IMG/VR virus record: IMGVR_UViG_3300030372_001200
Location: 1 to 26,321 of that record
Source: a virus
Taxonomy: Duplodnaviria > Caudoviricetes
Direction: 5' to 3' (one strand)
DNA: 26,321 nt
Below the pieces are notes generated by a model. The model saw nothing but the letters and a program-made list of their open reading frames with translations. It was not told the DNA's origin and ran no database searches. The translations under genes were made by a program, and so were the position numbers. Below are positions 17,246 to 24,408 of the stretch, in pieces; position 1 is the first letter of the stretch; the number at the start of each line of letters is the position of its first letter.

Positions 17246-18521
17246 TTTTAAAAGCAGAAGTAGCTCCTAAAAATTTTAGTATAGAAGTACCAGTACTACC
17301 AGACCTATTTTTAGCTACTATTATTTCTGTAGTTTTATCATTATTTTTAGCATAGTAACCATCTCTATATATAAATAAAACCTTATTAGCATCCTGCTCT
17401 ATAGCTCCACTTTCTCTAAGGTCAGATAGCATAGGTCTCCTATTGCCTCTATTCTCTACTGCTCTACTTAATTGAGATAAGCATACTATAGGTATATCTA
17501 ACTCTTTAGCTAAAGCTTTTAAATTCCTAGATATATAGGCTATCTGCTGCTCTCTGTTTTGTTGCTTATTACTTTTATCTCCTCCAGATAAAAGCTGGAT
17601 ATAATCTATTATAATCATGTCTAATTTATCTTTATGATTTAATTTTTTAGAGATACTTTTTATACTAAATAGGTCAGAAGTTTCAGCATCTACATTAAGT
17701 AAGCCAGAATTTATTATACTATTTGTATTTTTGTGTACGCTTTTATACTCATCCTCTGTTAGCTGACCTCTATGTATTCTATCTCCTTCTATATTAGATA
17801 AATTAGATACTAATTTTAATCCTAGCTCAGTAGCAGTCATTTCTACAGAATACATTAAAACTCTTTTCTCTTGTTTTATAGCCTCTAGCATAAAATTTAA
17901 AGCTAGTGTAGTCTTACCCATTCCAGGTCTAGCTGCTAATATAATTAGCTCTCCTTTATTAAATCCATTAGTAAGCTTATCTAAGTCTTTATATCCAGTA
18001 GATATACCTGGTACTCCTCCTTCATTTTTACTAGCATCCTCTATAGCTTGAAAAGTATTTTTAAATAATGTAGCAGTATCTACTATACTTTCTCTAGGAG
18101 CAGTTCCTACTTTATCTATATAACCAGTAACCTCTGCAGTTAAATCAAATATATCTACATCTAAATTAGCTGCTTTTTTTAATTTATTAATAGCAGATAG
18201 CATATCTCTCCTCATCTCTAGCTCCTTAATTATTTTACAATAATCAGGTAGTAAATCATCAGAGCAATAGTCAGCAGCTATACTAGATATATATAATATA
18301 TCTACTTTATCAGTTAGCTCAGCAGATACTAAAGACATATCTGGAATTTTACTAGAGTTATATAAGTCTCTGCAGGTAGTATATATTAGCCTATTTTTAG
18401 GCTCATAAAAAGAGCTGGCTTGTAAATAATTTGTTATAGTGTGTATAGCATCTGTAGTATTCATTAAAGCAGAGAGCACCTTACTTTCTAGCTCTAAATT
18501 ATTAGGTAATTTTATACTCAT
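17223..18521 (-). CDS. dnaB: DnaB-like replicative helicase
   Basis: AARPGMGKT, SVEM, IIDYIQL, LSQLSR, RPMLSDLRESGAIEQDA and KNRSG. Confidence 0.97.
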   Translation of the reverse strand: MSIKLPNNLELESKVLSALMNTTDAIHTITNYLQASSFYEPKNRLIYTTCRDLYNSSKIPDMSLVSAELTDKVDILYISSIAADYCSDDLLPDYCKIIKELEMRRDMLSAINKLKKAANLDVDIFDLTAEVTGYIDKVGTAPRESIVDTATLFKNTFQAIEDASKNEGGVPGISTGYKDLDKLTNGFNKGELIILAARPGMGKTTLALNFMLEAIKQEKRVLMYSVEMTATELGLKLVSNLSNIEGDRIHRGQLTEDEYKSVHKNTNSIINSGLLNVDAETSDLFSIKSISKKLNHKDKLDMIIIDYIQLLSGGDKSNKQQNREQQIAYISRNLKALAKELDIPIVCLSQLSRAVENRGNRRPMLSDLRESGAIEQDANKVLFIYRDGYYAKNNDKTTEIIVAKNRSGSTGTSILKFLGATSAFKNDNFTPF

Positions 18522-18937
18522 ACTAATTTATTAAAACTTTTTAAAGGTTTATATATATTAACATTCTTATTATATGCTCTTTTTTTATTTTTGCTTTGCT
18601 CTTTTTTATTTGTCTCCTGGTATTTACTCCAGCTAACTATCTCTATAACAGTATGATAAGGAGTACTATTAGTAGTTATCATCTTTGCTTTTTTTAGCCT
18701 TTTAAGTATGCTCCTTATTTTGCTTATCTTCATACCAGTACTAGTAGCTAAGGTATTAAGAGATACTATACACTCTCCAGGATTTACTGAGCATAATTTA
18801 CCTTTATAATTCCAGTCATTTTTAGCATGATTAGCTCTTATTAAAAGCTCTAGCCATAAATGTATAGCAGTACTATCCTTATATAATTTAGTGTCTTTTA
18901 TTTTTCTATGGAGTTTTATAAATCCACTAGACCTCAT
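18518..18937 (-). CDS. Replication initiator (replisome organiser), short
   Basis: GFIKLHRKI, LW..LL..ANH and wHTH segment; directly upstream of dnaB; iteron-like repeats in the 3' end. Confidence 0.8.
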   Translation of the reverse strand: MRSSGFIKLHRKIKDTKLYKDSTAIHLWLELLIRANHAKNDWNYKGKLCSVNPGECIVSLNTLATSTGMKISKIRSILKRLKKAKMITTNSTPYHTVIEIVSWSKYQETNKKEQSKNKKRAYNKNVNIYKPLKSFNKLV

Positions 18938-19457
18938 AGCTCCAGGTATTTTTATGCTCTACACTGAAGTTATAGTTATATTTAGAAAATAAGTCCTTTA
19001 ATTTTTTAATAGTTATTTCTAAATCTGAAGTTAAAATAGAAGTCTTTGCAAATCCTATTTTGAAAGTAATTTTAAAACTACCATTAATATCATTTTTAAT
19101 ATCAGTACTTTTAATGATATTACTCATCTCATTATTAGTCATAGAGGCATTATTAACCCCTACATAGCTAGCCTTTATATTATCATATAAAGCTCTATAC
19201 TCTTTCCAGAAGTCATAACTATCCTTATGTCTCCCCTCATAATGATATATATTAGTCCTATCTCTACCTAGATATTTAGCTATATCTGCATAATGGTACT
19301 TTAACTCAAAATTTAAAAAGTTAGCTAAAGCCATTCTACCACAGACTACATCTCTCCTCCTATTATTACCTAGTAATACTTTACTATCTACATCTATTAA
19401 AGCTGCAGTTAATTGTACTATGTCCTGCATAGTTTTTTTATCGTTTCTTATCATCAT
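18927..19457 (-). CDS. Protein with a DnaA C-terminal (domain IV)-like HTH
   Basis: RRRDVVCGR....YADIAKYLGRDRTNIYH resembles the DnaA domain IV signature. Confidence 0.7.
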   Translation of the reverse strand: MMIRNDKKTMQDIVQLTAALIDVDSKVLLGNNRRRDVVCGRMALANFLNFELKYHYADIAKYLGRDRTNIYHYEGRHKDSYDFWKEYRALYDNIKASYVGVNNASMTNNEMSNIIKSTDIKNDINGSFKITFKIGFAKTSILTSDLEITIKKLKDLFSKYNYNFSVEHKNTWSYEV

Positions 19458-20032
19458 TTTTTATTTTCTTTTATCATTTTATTAAGAGTATCTGACTGCT
19501 TTTTAGTCATTTTATATTTACTTAATTTATTAGCTACTAAATCTGCTTTACCAGTATTAATATACTCTAGCATAGCATGGTAAATCTCTAAAGTCATTAC
19601 TGGCTTATTTTCTATAGGCTTTACTTCTTTAGGATTTGTAGTACTATCTGCATCCTTAGTATCATCTAATAAAAATAAATTACCTAGAGCATACTTTTTA
19701 GCATAAGAGCTACTACTACCAAAGCTTTGAGCTATATCCATTCCTTTCCTTTCTGGATTAATACCAGCATGACCTTTTACAGATATAGTATCATTACCTT
19801 TAGATATTATAGCAGTACTCTCTAATACTAAATATCCTGCTATATCTTTAGTATCTTCTGTAATAGTTAATATACACTCATGCTCTTTTAATAGTGGTTT
19901 CAAAGCCTCTAATATATCTTCTGCACTTCTATAGGCATAGTTACCAAACTTATTATATTGTCCTTTAGGAGCTTTTAAAATGCTTTGTATGCTTATTAAA
20001 GCCTCTCCTACTGTTTTATTATTTTTAACCAT
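19454..20032 (-). CDS. erf: ERF-family single-strand annealing protein
   Basis: LKAPKGQYNKFGNYAYRSAEDILEALKP and GSSSSYAKKYAL..LFLLDD.KD.D. Confidence 0.9.
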   Translation of the reverse strand: MVKNNKTVGEALISIQSILKAPKGQYNKFGNYAYRSAEDILEALKPLLKEHECILTITEDTKDIAGYLVLESTAIISKGNDTISVKGHAGINPERKGMDIAQSFGSSSSYAKKYALGNLFLLDDTKDADSTTNPKEVKPIENKPVMTLEIYHAMLEYINTGKADLVANKLSKYKMTKKQSDTLNKMIKENKK

Positions 20033-20034
20033 AA

Positions 20035-20448
20035 TTATTTATTTAATTTTATACTTAGTATTTCTTTTCCATGTTTATATATAGGAGCATTTAATATCTC
20101 TCCAGTATTTAAATCAGTTATATCATATTTTGAGGCTGCTTTATACGTTTCTTTTAACTCTTTAAGCTCTTTCTCTTTTTTTACTATTTCTGGTATATTA
20201 CTATAATCATATCTACCAGCAGAGTTTTTTTTAGTTATTTCTACATCTGAAAAGTTAAAGCTTTTCTCAGGATATTTATTAGCCTCAGATAAAGCCTCCT
20301 CATCTATCTTACTTTTAGCCTGCTTTACTATCTCTTCTAGTTTTTTTAGACTTACATAAGCCTCTAGAGGATTTACTAGACCATCCTTAACTGCAGTAGT
20401 TATATCTGCTACTACTTTTGATATATTAATATTTTTTATTATATCCAT
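20035..20448 (-). CDS. Hypothetical protein next to ERF
   Basis: 137 aa with coiled coil, YDYSNI and D.NTGE motifs; function unknown. Confidence 0.65.
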   Translation of the reverse strand: MDIIKNINISKVVADITTAVKDGLVNPLEAYVSLKKLEEIVKQAKSKIDEEALSEANKYPEKSFNFSDVEITKKNSAGRYDYSNIPEIVKKEKELKELKETYKAASKYDITDLNTGEILNAPIYKHGKEILSIKLNK

Positions 20449-20450
20449 TA

Positions 20451-20696
20451 TTATATATTTTTAGGAGGCTCTACTACAAAAGCATCAAATATTACATCAT
20501 TTAAATCATGTATATTTACTGCATGGTCAGTTAAAAAAGCTGATAAGTTATAGGCATCAGTTACTTTTAAATCTCCATATATTACCTTCTCATTAAGAGC
20601 CTCTATAGTACGTTTTAATAAGTGAGGATATTCTCTATTACATAACTGTAATTTTACTCTATATTCTGGCTTTAGTCTTTTCATTAAATTGGTCAT
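20451..20696 (-). CDS. Hypothetical early protein, first gene downstream of the ribozyme cut
   Basis: 81-aa ORF with an A-rich leader. Confidence 0.65.
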   Translation of the reverse strand: MTNLMKRLKPEYRVKLQLCNREYPHLLKRTIEALNEKVIYGDLKVTDAYNLSAFLTDHAVNIHDLNDVIFDAFVVEPPKNI

Positions 20697-20713
20697 AATT
20701 TCTATTTTTATTT

Positions 20714-20828
20714 AGTAAATGACTAAGAGAGGAGCTAGTAATTCCACAAAGTATAACTGCTCACATTATTATTATTTAGTTACTTAACCTCTCTTAGTTT
20801 CGCTTTATAAAAGCTCATCAGATTTACT
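20714..20828 (-). ncRNA. Hammerhead ribozyme, type I
   Basis: Stem I AGUAAAU/AUUUACU, CUGAUGA, stem II GCUUU/AAAGC, GAAAC, stem III CUAAGAGAGG/CCUCUCUUAG, GUC triplet (cut between 20721 and 20720). Confidence 0.92.
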
Positions 20829-21107
20829 CTATACTCCTTCTGTATTATCTGCTACATCACACTCATAAGAGCAGTACTGGAGAGCCTCTACCTCCTCTCC
20901 ACAAAATTTACAGTGCTCAGGCTTTTCCTCCTGCTCTTCTATAGCCTCTATATATTGCTCTGCTATATACTCTTCTACTGCAGCTATTCTCTCTTCTAAT
21001 ATATCTAAGTCTATATCATATCCAGTAAATCTCTCTAGCTTTAGCCAGAACTTACTATCATTTAATAAATTAGATATTTTTAATTTAATTTGGTTATAAT
21101 TTTTCAT
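20829..21107 (-). CDS. Hypothetical early protein with a C-terminal zinc finger
   Basis: C..CG......YCS.EC motif; acidic. Confidence 0.65.
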   Translation of the reverse strand: MKNYNQIKLKISNLLNDSKFWLKLERFTGYDIDLDILEERIAAVEEYIAEQYIEAIEEQEEKPEHCKFCGEEVEALQYCSYECDVADNTEGV

Positions 21108-21115
21108 AATTTATA

Positions 21116-21382
21116 TTATTTATTTGATATTCTATTATTAAATTTATCTCCTCTTAATTCTGGATGCTTAGACTGCAGTAAAGCTCTTATCCTTTTAATA
21201 CTAGGAGCTGAGCTTAACTTTCCAGCAGAATATAAAGCAAAGAAGTCTCTAGCTCTTTTATGACTTCTACAAATATACTCTTTCATTTCATCATTCCAAA
21301 TATTTACGCATAGTTTGTTATCATCATCTTTTAAATGAGGATGCTTATTTAACCAGTATTTTATCTTTTCTTTAGTGCTCAT
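21116..21382 (-). CDS. Hypothetical early protein
   Basis: 88 aa; L...PHLKDDD.KL...IW and SI.R.RA.LQ..HP.LRG motifs; function unknown. Confidence 0.7.
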   Translation of the reverse strand: MSTKEKIKYWLNKHPHLKDDDNKLCVNIWNDEMKEYICRSHKRARDFFALYSAGKLSSAPSIKRIRALLQSKHPELRGDKFNNRISNK

Positions 21383-21402
21383 GATTATACTATTATATCT
21401 AT

Positions 21403-21669
21403 TTATTTTAATAAGTTAACAATTAAAGCTCTATCATCTACTACTAACTCTACTAAAGATAAATTAAGTAAAAAGCTCCATTCTTTTAGTAGACCTAGTC
21501 TAGTCATCATACCTTTAGGAGTAGTAGGCTCTTTACGATTATCATTATCATTTAGCCAAATTGCAAAAATATCAGTGCCATCATTATTAGTATGCACATG
21601 CTCAAAATCATTATCCCACTCTAATCTATTAAAAAGGATTTCTCTGTTTTGGTTTCTTAAATTTTTCAT
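21403..21669 (-). CDS. Hypothetical protein, first early gene
   Basis: 88-aa ORF directly downstream of the early promoter. Confidence 0.65.
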   Translation of the reverse strand: MKNLRNQNREILFNRLEWDNDFEHVHTNNDGTDIFAIWLNDNDNRKEPTTPKGMMTRLGLLKEWSFLLNLSLVELVVDDRALIVNLLK

Positions 21670-21705
21670 ATCTTATTTATTTTTTATTATTAATTGATTT
21701 CTATG

Positions 21706-21737
21706 CAAATAAAAGAAAAGTTTTTCACACTCACAAA
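21706..21737 (-). promoter_or_regulatory. Early promoter of Bacteroidota primary-sigma type
   Basis: TTTG (21737-21734), 20 nt, then TTTATTTG (21713-21706; one mismatch to TAnnTTTG) followed by CA; downstream of a terminator. Confidence 0.7.
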
Positions 21738-21794
21738 CATTTAGTGTAAAAAGTTATTAACAATTTAAATTAGTGTTAGTCTACTAGATAGGAA

Positions 21795-21821
21795 AATAAA
21801 AAAAGAGCCTATAAAAGCTCT
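21795..21821 (-). terminator. Intrinsic terminator ending the late/lysis transcript
   Basis: AGAGCUU-UUAU-AGGCUCU followed by a U-tract. Confidence 0.8.
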
Positions 21822-21857
21822 AATTTATTTTTATGATAACTACTATTAAAAAGTTTA

Positions 21858-21884
21858 AAAAGTGGCTTAAAATGCTTTAAAATA
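21858..21884 (-). repeat. 27-bp element, copy A (inverted relative to 23511-23537)
   Basis: Reverse complement TATTTTAAAGCATTTTAAGCCACTTTT, 24/27 identical to copy B. Confidence 0.75.
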
Positions 21885-22002
21885 AGTCTCCTAGAGTAAT
21901 AACTGCTAATAAATTAATGTAATATACAATAGACATTAATACTAGAGTATATATTAATATCATCTCTAGTACTCTTTTTATGTTATAATTCTTTTTATAC
22001 AT
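21877..22002 (-). CDS. Small membrane peptide (41 aa), not in the ORF track
   Basis: Hand translation MYKKNYNIKRVLEMILIYTLVLMSIVYYINLLAVITLGDLF*; TAATG coupling to the upstream gene. Confidence 0.55.
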   Translation of the reverse strand: MYKKNYNIKRVLEMILIYTLVLMSIVYYINLLAVITLGDLF

Positions 22003-22736
22003 TATAGTCTCATGGGCTCTAAAATAGGTAGTGTACCATTTTCTAGTATTACTCCTACTGATATTATAGGTTTCTTAGTAAAATTTTTAGCATAAGCTGC
22101 AGCATAAGAGTTAACATTAAAAGCTGCTCCTAACTGCATAGACCATATTAGTCTATCATTGTTAGCATGATATATTATACTAGTTTCTGTATGTATATGT
22201 CCCTGCACTAAATTTGTATTCCAGTTTATAGCTCTATTTATTGCTCCATTTCTACCAGAGCTACCAGTACCATGTAAATACTTTACACCATCTATATCAA
22301 AGCTATCAGACCAAATCCAGCCAGGAGTACCTAATACCTCATTAAAATCCTTTAGCCAGGCTTCAGACAATCCAGAGGCTACTAATTTTCTAGATATTAT
22401 AGCATCATGATTACCTATACATACAGTAGCTACTGGAAAAGCTTCCCAGAATGGTCTTATTTGCTCTATAGCATACTTTAACTCATCTCCTGCAGATAAG
22501 CCATCTGGAGCTATCTCATGAAAGCTGGAAAATGAGTTATCTAATAAATCTCCAGTCATGTGTACTGCATTACAGTTATACTTAGAGTAAATATCTTTAC
22601 AGTGCTCTAAAAATCCTGGAGTAATAAATGGAGCATGTAAATCAGGTAAAACTAGAACTCTTCTCTCTTCTTTGCTCCTTAGTTTTTTTATTACTTTTAT
22701 CTCCTCCTCATTAAGTCTTAATTGTTTATTAGGCAT
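22002..22736 (-). CDS. Calcineurin-like metallophosphoesterase
   Basis: DLH, GD..D, GNHD, HG and GHIH motifs in canonical order. Confidence 0.9.
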   Translation of the reverse strand: MPNKQLRLNEEEIKVIKKLRSKEERRVLVLPDLHAPFITPGFLEHCKDIYSKYNCNAVHMTGDLLDNSFSSFHEIAPDGLSAGDELKYAIEQIRPFWEAFPVATVCIGNHDAIISRKLVASGLSEAWLKDFNEVLGTPGWIWSDSFDIDGVKYLHGTGSSGRNGAINRAINWNTNLVQGHIHTETSIIYHANNDRLIWSMQLGAAFNVNSYAAAYAKNFTKKPIISVGVILENGTLPILEPMRL

Positions 22737-22973
22737 TTATTTTTTTAAAGATAAAGCAATTAAAGGCAGTATAGCTATAAAGCTTAATATAAGAGCATTA
22801 ATACTTATCTCTCCTTTATTAGCCATATCTGCAGTAGCAGCCATAACTAATATACCTGAGAGACTTCTCCTAGCACTAAATTTACCAGAGGCAGTATGCT
22901 TAAATATTCCAAATCCAGCGTTTACTGCTTGTAGTACTGATGTAAAAGGCAGTTTCTTTTTTTTACTACTCAT
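22737..22973 (-). CDS. Small membrane protein (holin/antiholin candidate)
   Basis: GKFSARR followed by two hydrophobic segments; in the lysis cluster. Confidence 0.55.
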   Translation of the reverse strand: MSSKKKKLPFTSVLQAVNAGFGIFKHTASGKFSARRSLSGILVMAATADMANKGEISINALILSFIAILPLIALSLKK

Positions 22974-23118
22974 TATTAGGTACTATAGCATCTATAAGCT
23001 TATCTAAGTAGTTAAATACTGCATCATCCTTAACTCCTGGAGTTAGTCTAGTTATTACTTTAATAAAAGCCATTACTGCTAAAAGTAACTCTCCCCAGTT
23101 TTGTATAAAAAATTCCAT
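22966..23118 (-). CDS. Small holin-like membrane protein (50 aa), not in the ORF track
   Basis: Hand translation MEFFIQNWGELLLAVMAFIKVITRLTPGVKDDAVFNYLDKLIDAIVPNNE*; TP..KDD motif; directly after the endolysin. Confidence 0.7.
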   Translation of the reverse strand: MEFFIQNWGELLLAVMAFIKVITRLTPGVKDDAVFNYLDKLIDAIVPNNE

Positions 23119-23139
23119 ATTTATTATTTTTAATTGTTA

Positions 23140-23502
23140 TTAATTATAAAGCCAGCAAGCATATCCTTTACCATTATCTATATCTATATGTAAAAAGGAT
23201 TTAGCTATACCCACTCTTCTTATATTATGTTTATATATTGCATTTAGTAAGCTAACTCTATCTCCAGAGTTAGTACATCTAATATCTACTGCTAGACCTT
23301 TTTTATGACTAGAGCCCACTCTTGCTCCTAATACTTTGTCATTATAATTAGCAGTCCTATAGCCAGAATTAATTACTATAGGCTTACCAAAATCCTCTCT
23401 AATTTTATCTAAAATTTTAATAAAAGGCACGTACATTTTTTTACCACTTCCAGGCTCATCTGGACTATCAAACTCACTAAATTTAAAGTATTTAAAATTC
23501 AT
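23140..23502 (-). CDS. Endolysin, peptidase M15 family
   Basis: INSGYR, SSH..G.AVDI and FLHID zinc-peptidase motifs. Confidence 0.9.
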   Translation of the reverse strand: MNFKYFKFSEFDSPDEPGSGKKMYVPFIKILDKIREDFGKPIVINSGYRTANYNDKVLGARVGSSHKKGLAVDIRCTNSGDRVSLLNAIYKHNIRRVGIAKSFLHIDIDNGKGYACWLYN

Positions 23503-23510
23503 TTTAAGGC

Positions 23511-23537
23511 TATTTTAAAGCGTTTTAAGAGACTTTT
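23511..23537 (+). repeat. 27-bp element, copy B
   Basis: TATTTTAAAGCGTTTTAAGAGACTTTT, intergenic. Confidence 0.75.
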
Positions 23538-23611
23538 ATGTATTTGTAGTATATTAGTATCAAAATAAAAAGATATTAAATTACTAGATATAAAAAAAAA
23601 TAGTTGTCAAA

Positions 23612-23791
23612 TTATTTGCTTTTTTGATTTCTTTTTCTATGGGCATACCATTTATCCAGTGTATAAATTATAGAAATAACTAAAAGTAAAAGCTTTAATC
23701 CTGCCTCTATATTTGTGTAGGTTAAAGCAAAAGTCGTACTATTTACGACTGCTACTTCTGCTACTTCTTGTACTGTTTTTTTTATTGGCAT
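23612..23791 (-). CDS. Small holin-like membrane protein (59 aa), not in the ORF track
   Basis: Hand translation MPIKKTVQEVAEVAVVNSTTFALTYTNIEAGLKLLLLVISIIYTLDKWYAHRKRNQKSK*; TM helix plus basic tail, upstream of the endolysin. Confidence 0.75.
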   Translation of the reverse strand: MPIKKTVQEVAEVAVVNSTTFALTYTNIEAGLKLLLLVISIIYTLDKWYAHRKRNQKSK

Positions 23792-23870
23792 CCTCTTTCT
23801 GTATTTTTAAAAAGGCTAATAACTTAACCTCATTTTTAACTTTTTTATATCTTTTTTTTGTCTTAATCAT
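23739..23870 (-). CDS. Small basic hypothetical protein (43 aa), not in the ORF track
   Basis: Hand translation MIKTKKRYKKVKNEVKLLAFLKIQKEDANKKNSTRSSRSSSRK*; overlaps both neighbours. Confidence 0.5.
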   Translation of the reverse strand: MIKTKKRYKKVKNEVKLLAFLKIQKEDANKKNSTRSSRSSSRK

Positions 23871-24402
23871 TTACCATATAATAAAATTTATCATCACTAT
23901 TTAAAAATAAATTCATATTATTAGTATATGTACTTTTACTAGCTTTTATATCTGCTCCAGTATTTGTACTATATTCTGGAAAGCTTGACTGATTATGATG
24001 TAAATAATCTACTAGCCTAGCTCTATACCACTCTGCAGTATTTTTTATACTATCCTTTAAATCTGCTAGCTCTTCTCTACTTAAAGGATTACCAGTCTCA
24101 GATACTTTAGAGTATATATTACCATTTTCTATCCTATAGGCTAAATGTGGTATAGCTTGTAAAGTTGCGTAGTGCACTAAACAGTCCTGAATATAATCAT
24201 TTACTAGTCTACTATAAGGACTAGATAAAGTGCTATCATTTATATCTGACTGTAGCTTTTCATATAGGTCAGTACCTAGAGCACTCTCTATATAGATACG
24301 TTGAGCATCTTTTAAATGAGGTAGTAAATGCTTTGCACTTACATTACCAGTTATAGCATAGCTTTTTAATTTTTCTTCTGATATGAATAATACTTCTGCC
24401 AT
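23863..24402 (-). CDS. Head-tail adaptor, putative
   Basis: Helical 179-aa protein directly after the portal; AQ...I...LGT.LY and RL.DYL......FPEY motifs. Confidence 0.65.
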   Translation of the reverse strand: MAEVLFISEEKLKSYAITGNVSAKHLLPHLKDAQRIYIESALGTDLYEKLQSDINDSTLSSPYSRLVNDYIQDCLVHYATLQAIPHLAYRIENGNIYSKVSETGNPLSREELADLKDSIKNTAEWYRARLVDYLHHNQSSFPEYSTNTGADIKASKSTYTNNMNLFLNSDDKFYYMVND

Positions 24403-24408
24403 TTTCTT

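Noticed and set aside
20764-20778. Pairing of the candidate sRNA with the ribozyme loop (CATTATT, TTATTTA)
   Set aside because: Only 7-nt A/T-rich matches, expected by chance.
21940-21971. TACTAGAG/CTCTAGTA inverted repeat
   Set aside because: Only 8 bp, built from the over-represented CTAG, and inside a plausible small ORF.
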